The notes under the pieces are model-generated. The model saw only the letters and a program-made list of their open reading frames with translations, had not been told where the DNA came from and searched no databases. This document shows, piece by piece, positions 30,001 to 38,720 of a stretch of 64,000 bases of DNA. The first letter of the stretch is position 1. Every line of letters begins with the position of its first letter. The position numbers and the translations under genes are program-made. Source of the stretch: Spirochaetia bacterium (GTDB lineage Bacteria > Spirochaetota > Spirochaetia > SZUA-6 > Bin103); NCBI GenBank assembly GCA_965203515.1, contig OZ241907.1, forward strand, positions 2,176,001 to 2,240,000, given 5' to 3'.

Positions 30001-31461
30001 GTGCGTGCCGCCGACCCGCAGCGCGACCGGCGTTGCGCGGGTATCGACCGTGAAGACCAGCGGGCGGGAGGAGAACTCGTTGCCGGCGCCGTCGCGCGCC
30101 GACAGCACGTAGGTATAGCTGCCGTCGGCGACCGGCTCGCCGCGGCCATCCCGGCCGTCCCACCGGATCGTGACGTTCACGTCCTCCAGGCGCTGCGACC
30201 AGACCGGTTCCCCGCGTCCATCCGCGATCGTCGCCAGCCAGGAGGCGTCGCCGAACGCCTCCTGCGTCGCCAACAGCACGTCGCGGACACCGTCGCCGTT
30301 GGGTGAGAATCGGTCGTGGTGCAACGTGACGAACGCGTCCGGCGCCGTGACGTCGAGCCGGAACGGCGGCGATTCGATGACGCGCGTGCTGCCGTTGTCA
30401 TAGAACGCCGACAGCAGCAACGAGTAGTCCGCCTCCGGCAGCACGTCGCCATGATCGCCGCGGCCGTCGAAGCGGAGCGGCTGCGGCACCGGCGGCGACC
30501 CGGTCATGGTGCGCATGATCCGGCCGCCGGGATCGCGAATCTCCGCCCGCCAGTTCACCAGGCTGTCCGGCAGGTCGACCGTGACCGGGAACCGCATCTC
30601 GTCCAGCACGCCGTCGTCGTTGGGCGAGAAGGCGGGAGCTTCCAGATCGATGCCGACCCGCCGGGCGGCGGTGTCGATCCGTATCTCGTCGACCGTCACC
30701 GCGGCGTCGTTCCCGGCAAGGTCGCGGGCGCCGACGCGGTAGCGGTAGGTCCCGTCCGGCAGCCGCTCGCCGCCGTCGTCGCGGCCGTCCCACCGGAAGT
30801 CGGCCGGGCGGCCGTCGGTCCAGCGGAACGTGCGGACCGCGTCGCCGGCGGCGTTCAGGAATTGGCCGATCCAGCGTACCTCGCTCGACCCGGACTGCAT
30901 GACCGGCAGGTCGTCCCTGCTGCCGTCGCCGTCGGGCGAGAATATCCGGTACTCCGGGCTGACCGTGATCTCAGGCGGCGTGTTGTCCACCATGATCTGC
31001 CGCGGCTCGGAGGCGCCGCGGTTGCCGTAATCGTCGGTGATCTCCAGGACGTAGCGGTAGATGCCGTCCGGAACCAGCGCGCCGGCGTCGCTGCGGCCGT
31101 CCCAGGGGAACGATGCCGGCACCTCGACGGACGTGCGCTCCTGCAGACCGACGTCGATCAGCAGCCGCGTGAGCGGGGCGGGAGCCGGCTCTCCGTCACC
31201 GCCCGCGATGGTGCGCACCGGGCGCCCGCCTTCGTCGCTGATCACCAGGCGGTACGCCTTCGGCACACCGCCGGTCTGCTGGATTTCGACTGCGGAAAAT
31301 AGGTTGGCGACGTCGCGCACGCCCGGTGAGCCGGCCGGCGAGATGTGCGCGACGTCCGCGGTCACCGACACGGCGGGATCGGGAGGCGGCTGTTCCTCTC
31401 CGCCCAACGCCGCCGCCCAGCCGGCCACGCACCACAGCAGCGCAGCCGCCGGACACCGCAT
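27016..31461 (-). CDS. Large exported protein with ~12 FlgD-Ig/FSPNGDG repeats and a C-terminal OmpA domain
   Basis: Signal peptide; repeated FSP[ND]xDG...WDG...DGxY units; C-terminal EGHA...LSAARAAAV...NRRVE. Confidence 0.9.
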   Translation of the reverse strand: MRCPAAALLWCVAGWAAALGGEEQPPPDPAVSVTADVAHISPAGSPGVRDVANLFSAVEIQQTGGVPKAYRLVISDEGGRPVRTIAGGDGEPAPAPLTRLLIDVGLQERTSVEVPASFPWDGRSDAGALVPDGIYRYVLEITDDYGNRGASEPRQIMVDNTPPEITVSPEYRIFSPDGDGSRDDLPVMQSGSSEVRWIGQFLNAAGDAVRTFRWTDGRPADFRWDGRDDGGERLPDGTYRYRVGARDLAGNDAAVTVDEIRIDTAARRVGIDLEAPAFSPNDDGVLDEMRFPVTVDLPDSLVNWRAEIRDPGGRIMRTMTGSPPVPQPLRFDGRGDHGDVLPEADYSLLLSAFYDNGSTRVIESPPFRLDVTAPDAFVTLHHDRFSPNGDGVRDVLLATQEAFGDASWLATIADGRGEPVWSQRLEDVNVTIRWDGRDGRGEPVADGSYTYVLSARDGAGNEFSSRPLVFTVDTRATPVALRVGGTHFSPNGDGAQDTVEVVPELVVTDSIESLQVEIADAGGKVWYRDRSPAAGEPFEWTGLANDGRPFPDGEYSVRLSVRYANGNNAAAEAGPIVIDTEFPTIEASTDDLLFSPDGDGNKDELLIAQTSSAEERWQARFLDQAGAVVATADWQGQVADYRWDGRGDQGALVADGAYQYEVTATDAAGNSVTARLPGIQVDTRPTEASVGVAAADRAGAVAAFSPNADGERDAMTFTLAATPDVPVETWSLTVLDADDAPVRIFRGGRELPEEQRWDGRATTGQPAPDGKYRAVFSVGYRKGDVVEDRLAVPVILDTVYPAFEVEAGYLLFSPDGDGRRDVIEITHATEAEYEWHTELTDADGTVVSERTVRDGVLADLVWDGTDERGDVVADGEYRYRVRGTDLAGNVTRGELPPIVVDTRPGGAWMEASAAGFSPNGDGVDDEVFYELRVTEDVELQSWELTIADAAAGAAGGAVRTYRGVSGTIFPVRLPWDGSDDDGERVPDGEYTATFRVEYVKGNVGEAAGEAVALDTQPPTVRVGAAYLLFSPDGDGRRDTITLTHEATPGDRWDATITDDRDGSVVLRRVWDAEGPLPDLEWDGRTDEGVALPDGTYTYRIASVDTGGNSVSAVLEGIRIDTAATAAAVTRDGEFFSPNGDGDRDTIDIRISATTDVSIDRWAVSIFDGTGRPVRVFAGGRGADPLPEVIVWDGTADGGGVVPDGFYRPSLGIEYVKGNVSEADGDPFLVDSSPPQAAIRTELDTPSLPFSPDDDGVNDHLMIFLDASDEGGIDAWALQIVDPQGEVFTATSGRGAPPAFGWDGYSVETGELVEAAVDYTLRLEVSDHVGNRATATKVLPIDVLVLRAGDRLRIRISSIHFAPDTADYQRLGDPEKTSRNLRTLDRLAVILGRYATYNILLEGHAASVHWADVERARQEQAEVLVPLSAARAAAVRDALVERGIRASRMTTTGLGGAHPVVPHDDTRNRWKNRRVEAWLIRQ

Positions 31462-31569
31462 CCGACGCGCCGGGTACGGGCAAGCGCTCGGGCCGGACCG
31501 GGCCCGGTGGGCCGTAGCCGTCGGTGCCGCCTCCCAGGGCATCTCGGTCTGCGCTATCCCCGGCGCCGG

Positions 31570-32676
31570 TCAGGCAACGCGATGCTCGGCAAGCAGCGCG
31601 AAGTCGATCTCGATGCCCAGGCCCGGCGCATCGGGCACCGCGACCCGGCCTTCGTCATCGAGCGTCAGCTTGGGCGTGAACAGCCGCCCGCGCAGGGGAT
31701 CGATCGTCTCGCGGTAGTACTCCAGGATCAGCCCTCCCTGCACGGCCGCCACCAAGTGGACGTGGATCTCCTGCGCGCCGTGCGGGGCGATCGCCAGATC
31801 GTGCGCAGCGGCCAGCGCCGCCACGTTCATGAACTCCGTGACGCCGCCGACGATCTGCGCGTCCGCGTTGAGTATGGCGGCGCCGTCGTGTTCGATCAGA
31901 TCGCGAAAGCCGTAGCGGGTATACTCGTTCTCACCGGTAGCGATCGGGATGCTGGTGGCCGCCGCTACCCGAGCATGCCCCCGGTAGTCGTCGGGCGCTA
32001 CCGGCTCCTCGAACCAGAACACGTCGAACTCCTCGACGCGCCGCGCGAAGTCGATCGCCTGGTAGGCGAGGTAGGCGTTGTTGGCATCGACCAGCAGGGA
32101 GATGTCCGGGCCGATCGCCTCGCGCACCACCCGGACGCGCTCGACGTCCTCCGGGATCGGCACGGCGCCGACCTTCATCTTCACCGCCCGGGCGCCGAGC
32201 TTGAGGTTCTCCTCCATCTCCTGGGCCAGCTCGCGCAGCCCCTTGCCTTCCTCGTAGTAGCCGCCGGCGACGTAGGCGGGGATGCGGTCGCGATAGCCGC
32301 CGAGCAGCCGGTGGATCGAGCGGCCGGTCGCCTTGCCGATCAGGTCCCACAACGCGATATCGAGCGCGCTGATCACCTGGGTCGACATGCCCCGGCGGCC
32401 GACGATCTTGGGCTCCCACATGGCGTCCCAGAGCCGGCGGTAGGTAAACGGATCGCTGCCGACGAGCGCATTCTTGAAGTGCCCGACCAGCGCCTCGGCG
32501 ATGGCGCCCGGGCGGCCGGCGGCGGTGCCGCCGGTCCAACCCACGCCGGTGATGCCCTCGTCGGTGTGAATCAACACCGGCGTGAAGGTCACGTCGGTGT
32601 AGGTATACTTGCCGTTGCTGATCGGCACGGGACGCGGCCATGCGTAGCAGCGCACCTCGACATCGGTGATTTTCAT
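31570..32676 (-). CDS. Mandelate racemase/muconate lactonizing enzyme family protein
   Basis: SALDIALWDL, KMK, VDAN, FEEP, TGENE, APH. Confidence 0.93.
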   Translation of the reverse strand: MKITDVEVRCYAWPRPVPISNGKYTYTDVTFTPVLIHTDEGITGVGWTGGTAAGRPGAIAEALVGHFKNALVGSDPFTYRRLWDAMWEPKIVGRRGMSTQVISALDIALWDLIGKATGRSIHRLLGGYRDRIPAYVAGGYYEEGKGLRELAQEMEENLKLGARAVKMKVGAVPIPEDVERVRVVREAIGPDISLLVDANNAYLAYQAIDFARRVEEFDVFWFEEPVAPDDYRGHARVAAATSIPIATGENEYTRYGFRDLIEHDGAAILNADAQIVGGVTEFMNVAALAAAHDLAIAPHGAQEIHVHLVAAVQGGLILEYYRETIDPLRGRLFTPKLTLDDEGRVAVPDAPGLGIEIDFALLAEHRVA

Positions 32677-32740
32677 ACGATCTGCTCCCCCTCCTAGATT
32701 TTCGGCACAGCGCATTCGAGCCGTGACCCGTCCACGAAGT

Positions 32741-32770
32741 TTGACAATCGGAGCGGCCGGTCGCTACCGT
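32741..32770 (+). promoter_or_regulatory. Putative sigma70 promoter TTGACA-N18-TACCGT for the fatty acid-CoA ligase
   Basis: Consensus -35 with a weak -10. Confidence 0.4.
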
Positions 32771-32778
32771 CCGCCTCG

Positions 32779-34701
32779 ATGCCGTCCGCCTCGATGGTCG
32801 CGGCTGCAGCCGAGGATACGATTCCCAAGCTGTTCGCGCGCGTCTGCCGCGACCACGGCCTGACCACGGCGCAACTCAGCAAGGACGCGCGGGGCCGGTT
32901 TCAAACCACATCCTACTCGGAGCTGTACGCCGAGGTCGGCGACCTCGCCGCCGGCCTGCATGAGCTGGGCGTGCGCGGCGGCGACCGCGTCGGCCTGCTG
33001 GCCGACAACCGCAGAGAATGGCTGGTCGCCGACCTGGCGATCCTGGGCCTCGGCGCCGCCGACGTGCCGCGCGGTGCAGACAGCACGGCCGAGGAGTTCC
33101 GCTTCATCCTGGCGCAGGTCGAGGCGGAGACGTGCCTGGTGGAGGACGGCGCGCAGCTCGACAAGGTCCTGTCGGTGCGCGCCGACCTGCCGCATCTGCG
33201 GACCATCGTCGTGATCGACCCGGACGCCCTGCCGCGTGACGAGCTCGACGGCGTATCGGTGATTCCCTACGCGCACGTACTCCGCGCCGGCCGCGCCGTG
33301 ACCGAACTGCAGCCCGATTTCTACCGGCGGCGCTGCGCGCAGGGCGCCGCCGGCGACGTCGCCACCATCATCTTCACGTCCGGGACGACGGGCGAGCCCA
33401 AGGGGGTGGTGCTGTCGCACCGCAACTTCGTGTTCCAGACCGGCTGCATCCCGGAGTTTCTGGCCATCGAGCCGGGCCAGATCTGGCTCAGCGTCCTGCC
33501 GGTGTGGCACTCGTTCGAGCGCATCTTCGAGTACTGCACCATCGCCAGCGCCACCACGCTGGCCTACTCCAAGCCGGTCGGCAGCGTCCTGATCGCCGAC
33601 ATGGCGGCGGTGCGCCCGCACTGGATGGCGTCGGTGCCGCGCATCTGGGACGCGGTGCGCTCGGCCGTGTACCGCAACGTCGAGCACGAAGGCGGCGTGA
33701 AGAAGGCGCTGTTCGACTTCTTCGTCGCCGCCGGCAACGCCCACACGCGGGCGCGCGCGCGCGTCCGGGGACTCGTCGCCCATCTGCAGCCCCGTTCGCG
33801 GCCGTCCGAGCTGCTGGGCGGTCTTGCGCCGTTCCTGATGCTCTATCCGCTCAAGGCGCTGGGGGACGCGCTGGTGTTCGGGAAGATCAAGGCGCGGCTC
33901 GGCGGCCGCTTCCGGGGCGCCATATCGGGCGGGGGCGCCTTGCCCGACTACGTGGACGAGTTCTTCGCCGCCGCCGGGGTGCTGCTGCTGAACGCGTACG
34001 GCCTGACGGAAACGGCGCCGGGGGTGGCGATCCGGCCGGAAACGGCGCCGGTTTCCGGGACCGTGGGACGGCTGCTGCCGGGCACCGGGCTGCGCATCGT
34101 CGACGACCAGGGCCGCACGCTGGGGCCGGGGCAGCTCGGCGTCGTGCACGTGCGCGGCCCGCAGGTGATGGACGGGTACTTCAAGCGGCCCGACCTGACG
34201 GAGGCGGTCCTGCGCGACGGCTGGCTCGACACCGGCGACCTGGGCATGACGACGATCGGCGGCGACCTGATCATCCGCGGCCGCGCCAAGGACACCATCG
34301 TCCTGCTGGGCGGCGAGAACGTGGAGCCGCTGCCGATCGAGGAGCGCGTGCAGGAGTCGCGGTACGTGGACCGCGCCGTGGTCGTAGGCCAGGATCAGCG
34401 CTCCCTCGGCGCGCTGGTCGTGCTGAACGAGGAGGCGGTCGCCGAGCACGCCGCGGCGGCCGGCGTGGACGGCGATCTGCGGGCGCTCGTCGAACACCCG
34501 CGCATCCGGGCGCTCATCCGGTCCGAGGTCAACGCCCGCGTCAACGGCGCCAACGGCTTCAAGCCGTTCGAGCGCGTCTCCCGCGTCCATCTGCTGCACC
34601 GCCCGTTCGAGGTCGGCCGCGAGCTGTCGCACAAGCAGGAGGTCAAACGCGCCGCCGTGGCCGAGCTGTACGCCGAGCAGATCGCGCGGCTGTTCGCCTG
34701 A
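32779..34701 (+). CDS. fadD: Long-chain fatty acid-CoA ligase
   Basis: FTSGTTGEPKG, YGLTET, GWLDTGDLG, GRAKD, GENVEP. Confidence 0.92.
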   Translation: MPSASMVAAAAEDTIPKLFARVCRDHGLTTAQLSKDARGRFQTTSYSELYAEVGDLAAGLHELGVRGGDRVGLLADNRREWLVADLAILGLGAADVPRGADSTAEEFRFILAQVEAETCLVEDGAQLDKVLSVRADLPHLRTIVVIDPDALPRDELDGVSVIPYAHVLRAGRAVTELQPDFYRRRCAQGAAGDVATIIFTSGTTGEPKGVVLSHRNFVFQTGCIPEFLAIEPGQIWLSVLPVWHSFERIFEYCTIASATTLAYSKPVGSVLIADMAAVRPHWMASVPRIWDAVRSAVYRNVEHEGGVKKALFDFFVAAGNAHTRARARVRGLVAHLQPRSRPSELLGGLAPFLMLYPLKALGDALVFGKIKARLGGRFRGAISGGGALPDYVDEFFAAAGVLLLNAYGLTETAPGVAIRPETAPVSGTVGRLLPGTGLRIVDDQGRTLGPGQLGVVHVRGPQVMDGYFKRPDLTEAVLRDGWLDTGDLGMTTIGGDLIIRGRAKDTIVLLGGENVEPLPIEERVQESRYVDRAVVVGQDQRSLGALVVLNEEAVAEHAAAAGVDGDLRALVEHPRIRALIRSEVNARVNGANGFKPFERVSRVHLLHRPFEVGRELSHKQEVKRAAVAELYAEQIARLFA

Positions 34702-34719
34702 CCGCCATGCCGCCGGAGG

Positions 34720-35775
34720 CTAGCCAGCCTCCGTCGCTTCCAGCCCCAACTCGATCGCGCGGAGCTGCAGGCCGATCGCCGCGCGCGGGTCGACCGGCTC
34801 GACGCCGAAGCGCTGCAGGTCGCCGGCGACCGAGTCGCCGCGCTGCGCCCGCATCGTCAACGCCGGCAGCCGCGCGCGAAACGCCGCGTAGCCGCCCGCG
34901 CCGGCCGCCACGCGGAACAGCGGCGCCTCCGTTACCAGGCAGAGCGGCGCCTGCCGCCCCGGCGCCGTACGGGCGGCCTGCTCCATCGAGCTGTCGCGGA
35001 ACAGCGCGGCCGTCTCCGGGTCTCCGGCGGCCCGGAAGTGGGCGCGCATGGCCGCCCCGGTCGGGGTGGCGGCGAATCCCGCGCCCAGGTAGTGGAACCC
35101 CTTGTCGCCGCGGCGATCCTCGTCGTGCAGCCCGGCGCCGCAGGCGGCTGCCTGCCGAGCGAAGGCGCTCCTCAGCGACGCGGTGCGCGTTGCCCAGCCG
35201 CGCTCGATGAGGAGCGCGGCCCCCTCGGCGAAGGCCATGCCGTGCAGGCTGGCGTGCAGGCGCACGGGGGCCGCGCCGGCCAGGAACGCGGTCACCGCCG
35301 CGTTCTCCGGCCGCATCGCCGGGAACCCGAACTCCAAGTCGCGTCCCGGCGGCTCGCGCAGCGCGTGGCGCAGGAAGGCGGTGACCGACGGCCAGCGCTC
35401 GATCCACGGCCGGTTGGCCCGCTCGCCGTCCGGGTTCACGTGCGGGACCACCCACAGCCGCCAGCGCCGCAGCACCGTCTCAAGAGCCGGCTCGCGCCGG
35501 ACGGCGGCCTGCACCAGCAGGCGCAGGGTCTCCGGGCCGACCGGTTCGTCCGCGTGCGCGCCGCCGATCAGCGCGGCATGGCGGCGGCCGGCGCCGATGA
35601 CCGCGCCCAGGATCGGCCGACCCTGCTCGCTCAGCCCGATCGTCCGGGCGCCGGCCTGCCGGCCCGCCTCCGTCCGCCACTCCGCACTGGTCGTGAAGCG
35701 CCCGCGCCAGCGCGCCGCCAGGGTCGTAAGCGATGGGATTTCGCGCCGGGCGCGCCGCACATGTGTCAATGTCAT
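34720..35775 (-). CDS. M14 family zinc carboxypeptidase-like protein
   Basis: IGLSEQGRPI, HADE, PHVNPDG, SLHG, VTEAP. Confidence 0.8.
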   Translation of the reverse strand: MTLTHVRRARREIPSLTTLAARWRGRFTTSAEWRTEAGRQAGARTIGLSEQGRPILGAVIGAGRRHAALIGGAHADEPVGPETLRLLVQAAVRREPALETVLRRWRLWVVPHVNPDGERANRPWIERWPSVTAFLRHALREPPGRDLEFGFPAMRPENAAVTAFLAGAAPVRLHASLHGMAFAEGAALLIERGWATRTASLRSAFARQAAACGAGLHDEDRRGDKGFHYLGAGFAATPTGAAMRAHFRAAGDPETAALFRDSSMEQAARTAPGRQAPLCLVTEAPLFRVAAGAGGYAAFRARLPALTMRAQRGDSVAGDLQRFGVEPVDPRAAIGLQLRAIELGLEATEAG

Positions 35776-35786
35776 GGAGCTACGCG

Positions 35787-38720
35787 CTACGCGAGCAGTT
35801 CGTCAGCGGTATAGACGATCCGATAGCGGGCCGGCGACTCGCCGGCGCGTAGCGCCTTGAAGTGCGCCTTGCCGCACGCGACCTTGGCCCGTTCGGCGTT
35901 GCGGAGATCGTCCAGGAAGGCGCTGCCCTTGGTCTCGACGACCAGGTACAGCCGCTCGCCGGCCTCGTCCTCGATGAGCACCGCCCAGTCGGGAGTGTAG
36001 GGGCCGAGCGGGGTCGGAACCTGGAACCAGCGGGGCAGCTTCGCGTAGACCTTGACCGAGGTGAATCGCTCCAGCGACGCCGCGAAGGCGGCCTCGGTCT
36101 CGGAGTCGTACACGACGTGGTCGTACACCGACTTCCGCGTAGCGAGCGTGTTCTTGAGGTAGCCGATCAGCTCTTCATTGCGGAACAGTTCCTGGGCGAA
36201 GTAGTGCTCGCCGCCGAGCCGCTGGTACTTGATCCCTTCCACCAGCGCCAGGCGCTTGCGGCGGTTGATCGCCTCCGCCGCGGTCTCGATGAACCCGGTC
36301 GGGTTGTCGGCGAAGTCATCCAACCGCCCGCTGTCGGCCAGGATGCGGTAGAGGCTGCGCCGGGTCAGCCCGGTCCGGTCCTGCAGGTCGGTGAGCAGGT
36401 CCGGCAGCTCCACTTCCGCATCGTGCAGATACGCGGCGCCGGACTCGCGCACCGCTCCCGTCACGCCGCCGCGCCCGACGGCGACGGCGCCCCGCTGCCA
36501 GAGCAAGCGGGGCCGCGGAATCGGCGGCGCGCCGGCGAGTCCCTGCGCGCAGGCGGCGAGCAACGCCTCGTTGTCGAAGCGGACGCGAAAGGTGGTCTTG
36601 TGCTTGATGCGGTCCCACAGCGCCTGGAACCCGGCGCTGTTCAGCACCGCCTCGCGCGGCTTCACGCGGCGCCGTTCATTCGCCCGGTTGATCCTGATGC
36701 GGGCGGTGAATCGGCGTAGCGCCTGCAGCACGGCATCGCGTAGCGGCTCGAATTCGGCCGGCAGCGCCAGGCGTTCGTCGTCCAGCGCTTCCCGCAACGC
36801 ATCCTGAGCCTGCCCCGTGCGGTTCAAGTAGCCGTGCGCCGTCAAGTGATCCCACAGCCGCCGCGACTGCTCGACGCCGAGCTGTCCGATCGAAGCGAAC
36901 GCATGCGGCTCCACCAATCCGAAGCGGACGCCGGTTTCTTCCTCGATCTCCCGCTGCAGATTCTCGGCGAATTCCTCGTAGCTTTCGCGGGCGATGACCG
37001 TCAGGGTGTTGACCTCGAATCCGCGCTGGCGCTCGCCCTCCTGGTTGACGCACAGCCGCAGGCCGCGGCCGATGGTTTGCCGGCGTTCCCGTTCCGTGGT
37101 GATGTCGCGCAGGGCGCAGATCTGGAATACGTTGGGATTGTCCCACCCCTCGCGCAGCGCCGAGTGGGAGAAGATGAACTGCAGCGGCTCCGAAAAGCTG
37201 AGCAGCCGCTCCTTGTCGCGCATGATGAGCCGGTACGCGCGTTCGGCGTTGTCCCGGTTGGTCTGGTTGTTCTCGGCCGTGTCCGTCCAGCCGCCGCGGC
37301 GATCGATCGAAAAGTAGCCTTCGTGGACCCGTTCCGCGGCTTCGCGCGGGTCTGCGCCGGCGCCCGGCGCCCGGTACTCCGGGCGCTGCACGGCGCGCCG
37401 ATATTCTTCCTCGAACAGGCGCGCGTACTCGCCCTTGACCGGTCTGCCGTCGTCATCGTAGCGCCGATAGTGCGCTACCTGATCGATGAAGAACAGCGTG
37501 AGCACCTTGATGCCCTGCGGGCGCAGGCGAAGCTCCTTGTCCAGATGCTCGCGGATCGCCTGGCGGATCATCTCGCGATGCACCGCGCGCGGCTCCACGC
37601 CGCCATGGATTTCGCCGGGCACCATCCAGCGCTCCCGTTCCGGCAGCCGCAGCTCCAGGTACTCGTTGCCGCGTCCGACCCGGATTTCGCCGATGCGATG
37701 ATCCCGGTACACGGCGCGGCGCGTCTTCCGCTCCAACCGGTCGCCGTCGGTCACTACCAGCGTCCGCCGCCGCACGCCGCCGCTCGGCGTCGCCGCGTCG
37801 ACCTCGACCTGGGCGCTGATGATCCCCCGCTGCCGGCGCGTGGCCACCAGGCGGACGTAGGGCCGGTTGTGATCATCGGCGACCACGCCGGCCGCCACCT
37901 CGATCTGCTTGACCAGCTTGCGCTCGTAAGCATCTACCGCGTTGAGGCGGTAGACCATGTGGTAGCGGTCGGCGTGGGTTGCCGAATAGCGCAGCGTGCA
38001 CAGCGGATTCATCCGCTGCAGCGCCTGCTTCCCCTGCCCCTTCAAGCCGCCGTCCACGCTCTGCGGCTCGTCCACGATCAGCACCGGACTGGTGGCCCGC
38101 ACCAGGTCGACCGGCCTCTCGCCGCCGGTCTTTTCGTTCGGCTGGTAGATGTTGTTGACGCCGCGCTTGTTGATGGCGCCGACCGTCACCAGCATGATCT
38201 GCACCTGCGGGCTGGCGGCGAAGTTCCGCACCTGTCCCAGTCGCCCGGAGTCGTATACGAAGTGCTCGAACGGCGTTCCCGAATAGAGCGCGCGCAGATG
38301 CGGCCCCATGATCCGCAGCGACTTGTCGACGCCCTCCTTGATCGCTACGGAGGGCACGACGATGGCGAACTTCGTGAATCCGAACCGGTGGTTTAGCTCC
38401 AGAATGGTCCGCAGGAACACGTAGGTCTTGCCGGTGCCGGTCTCCATCTCCACCGTGAAGTCGCGGGACCGGAGCGTGTCCGCCGGCAACAGACCATTGC
38501 GCAATTGCACCTGTCGCAGGTTGGCCAACAGCGCCTCGTCCGGGAGCTGCAGCAGGTTGCCGACGCCGAGCTCTCCTGCCTGGAATCCCGGGAGCCGATC
38601 GCCGAGATCATGGGACACCGTGAACTCGGAGCGGCAGATCTCCTGCCCCTGGAACAGGTCGCAGACCGCCGCGATGGCGTCCTGTTGATAGTCCAGATCG
38701 GGCTCGAACCGCAGCCTCAT
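35787..38720 (-). CDS. res: Type III restriction endonuclease Res subunit
   Basis: EMETGTGKT, VDEPQ, RYSAT, LREGWDNPNVFQIC, QTIGRGLR, C-terminal PDW...VETK nuclease. Confidence 0.95.
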   Translation of the reverse strand: MRLRFEPDLDYQQDAIAAVCDLFQGQEICRSEFTVSHDLGDRLPGFQAGELGVGNLLQLPDEALLANLRQVQLRNGLLPADTLRSRDFTVEMETGTGKTYVFLRTILELNHRFGFTKFAIVVPSVAIKEGVDKSLRIMGPHLRALYSGTPFEHFVYDSGRLGQVRNFAASPQVQIMLVTVGAINKRGVNNIYQPNEKTGGERPVDLVRATSPVLIVDEPQSVDGGLKGQGKQALQRMNPLCTLRYSATHADRYHMVYRLNAVDAYERKLVKQIEVAAGVVADDHNRPYVRLVATRRQRGIISAQVEVDAATPSGGVRRRTLVVTDGDRLERKTRRAVYRDHRIGEIRVGRGNEYLELRLPERERWMVPGEIHGGVEPRAVHREMIRQAIREHLDKELRLRPQGIKVLTLFFIDQVAHYRRYDDDGRPVKGEYARLFEEEYRRAVQRPEYRAPGAGADPREAAERVHEGYFSIDRRGGWTDTAENNQTNRDNAERAYRLIMRDKERLLSFSEPLQFIFSHSALREGWDNPNVFQICALRDITTERERRQTIGRGLRLCVNQEGERQRGFEVNTLTVIARESYEEFAENLQREIEEETGVRFGLVEPHAFASIGQLGVEQSRRLWDHLTAHGYLNRTGQAQDALREALDDERLALPAEFEPLRDAVLQALRRFTARIRINRANERRRVKPREAVLNSAGFQALWDRIKHKTTFRVRFDNEALLAACAQGLAGAPPIPRPRLLWQRGAVAVGRGGVTGAVRESGAAYLHDAEVELPDLLTDLQDRTGLTRRSLYRILADSGRLDDFADNPTGFIETAAEAINRRKRLALVEGIKYQRLGGEHYFAQELFRNEELIGYLKNTLATRKSVYDHVVYDSETEAAFAASLERFTSVKVYAKLPRWFQVPTPLGPYTPDWAVLIEDEAGERLYLVVETKGSAFLDDLRNAERAKVACGKAHFKALRAGESPARYRIVYTADELLA

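Noticed and set aside
15510..35814. Long Arg/Ala/Gly-rich overlapping and antisense ORFs (e.g. 15510-17267, 26932-28545, 32764-34632)
   Set aside because: Expected stop-poor shadow frames in high-GC DNA; no recognisable motifs.
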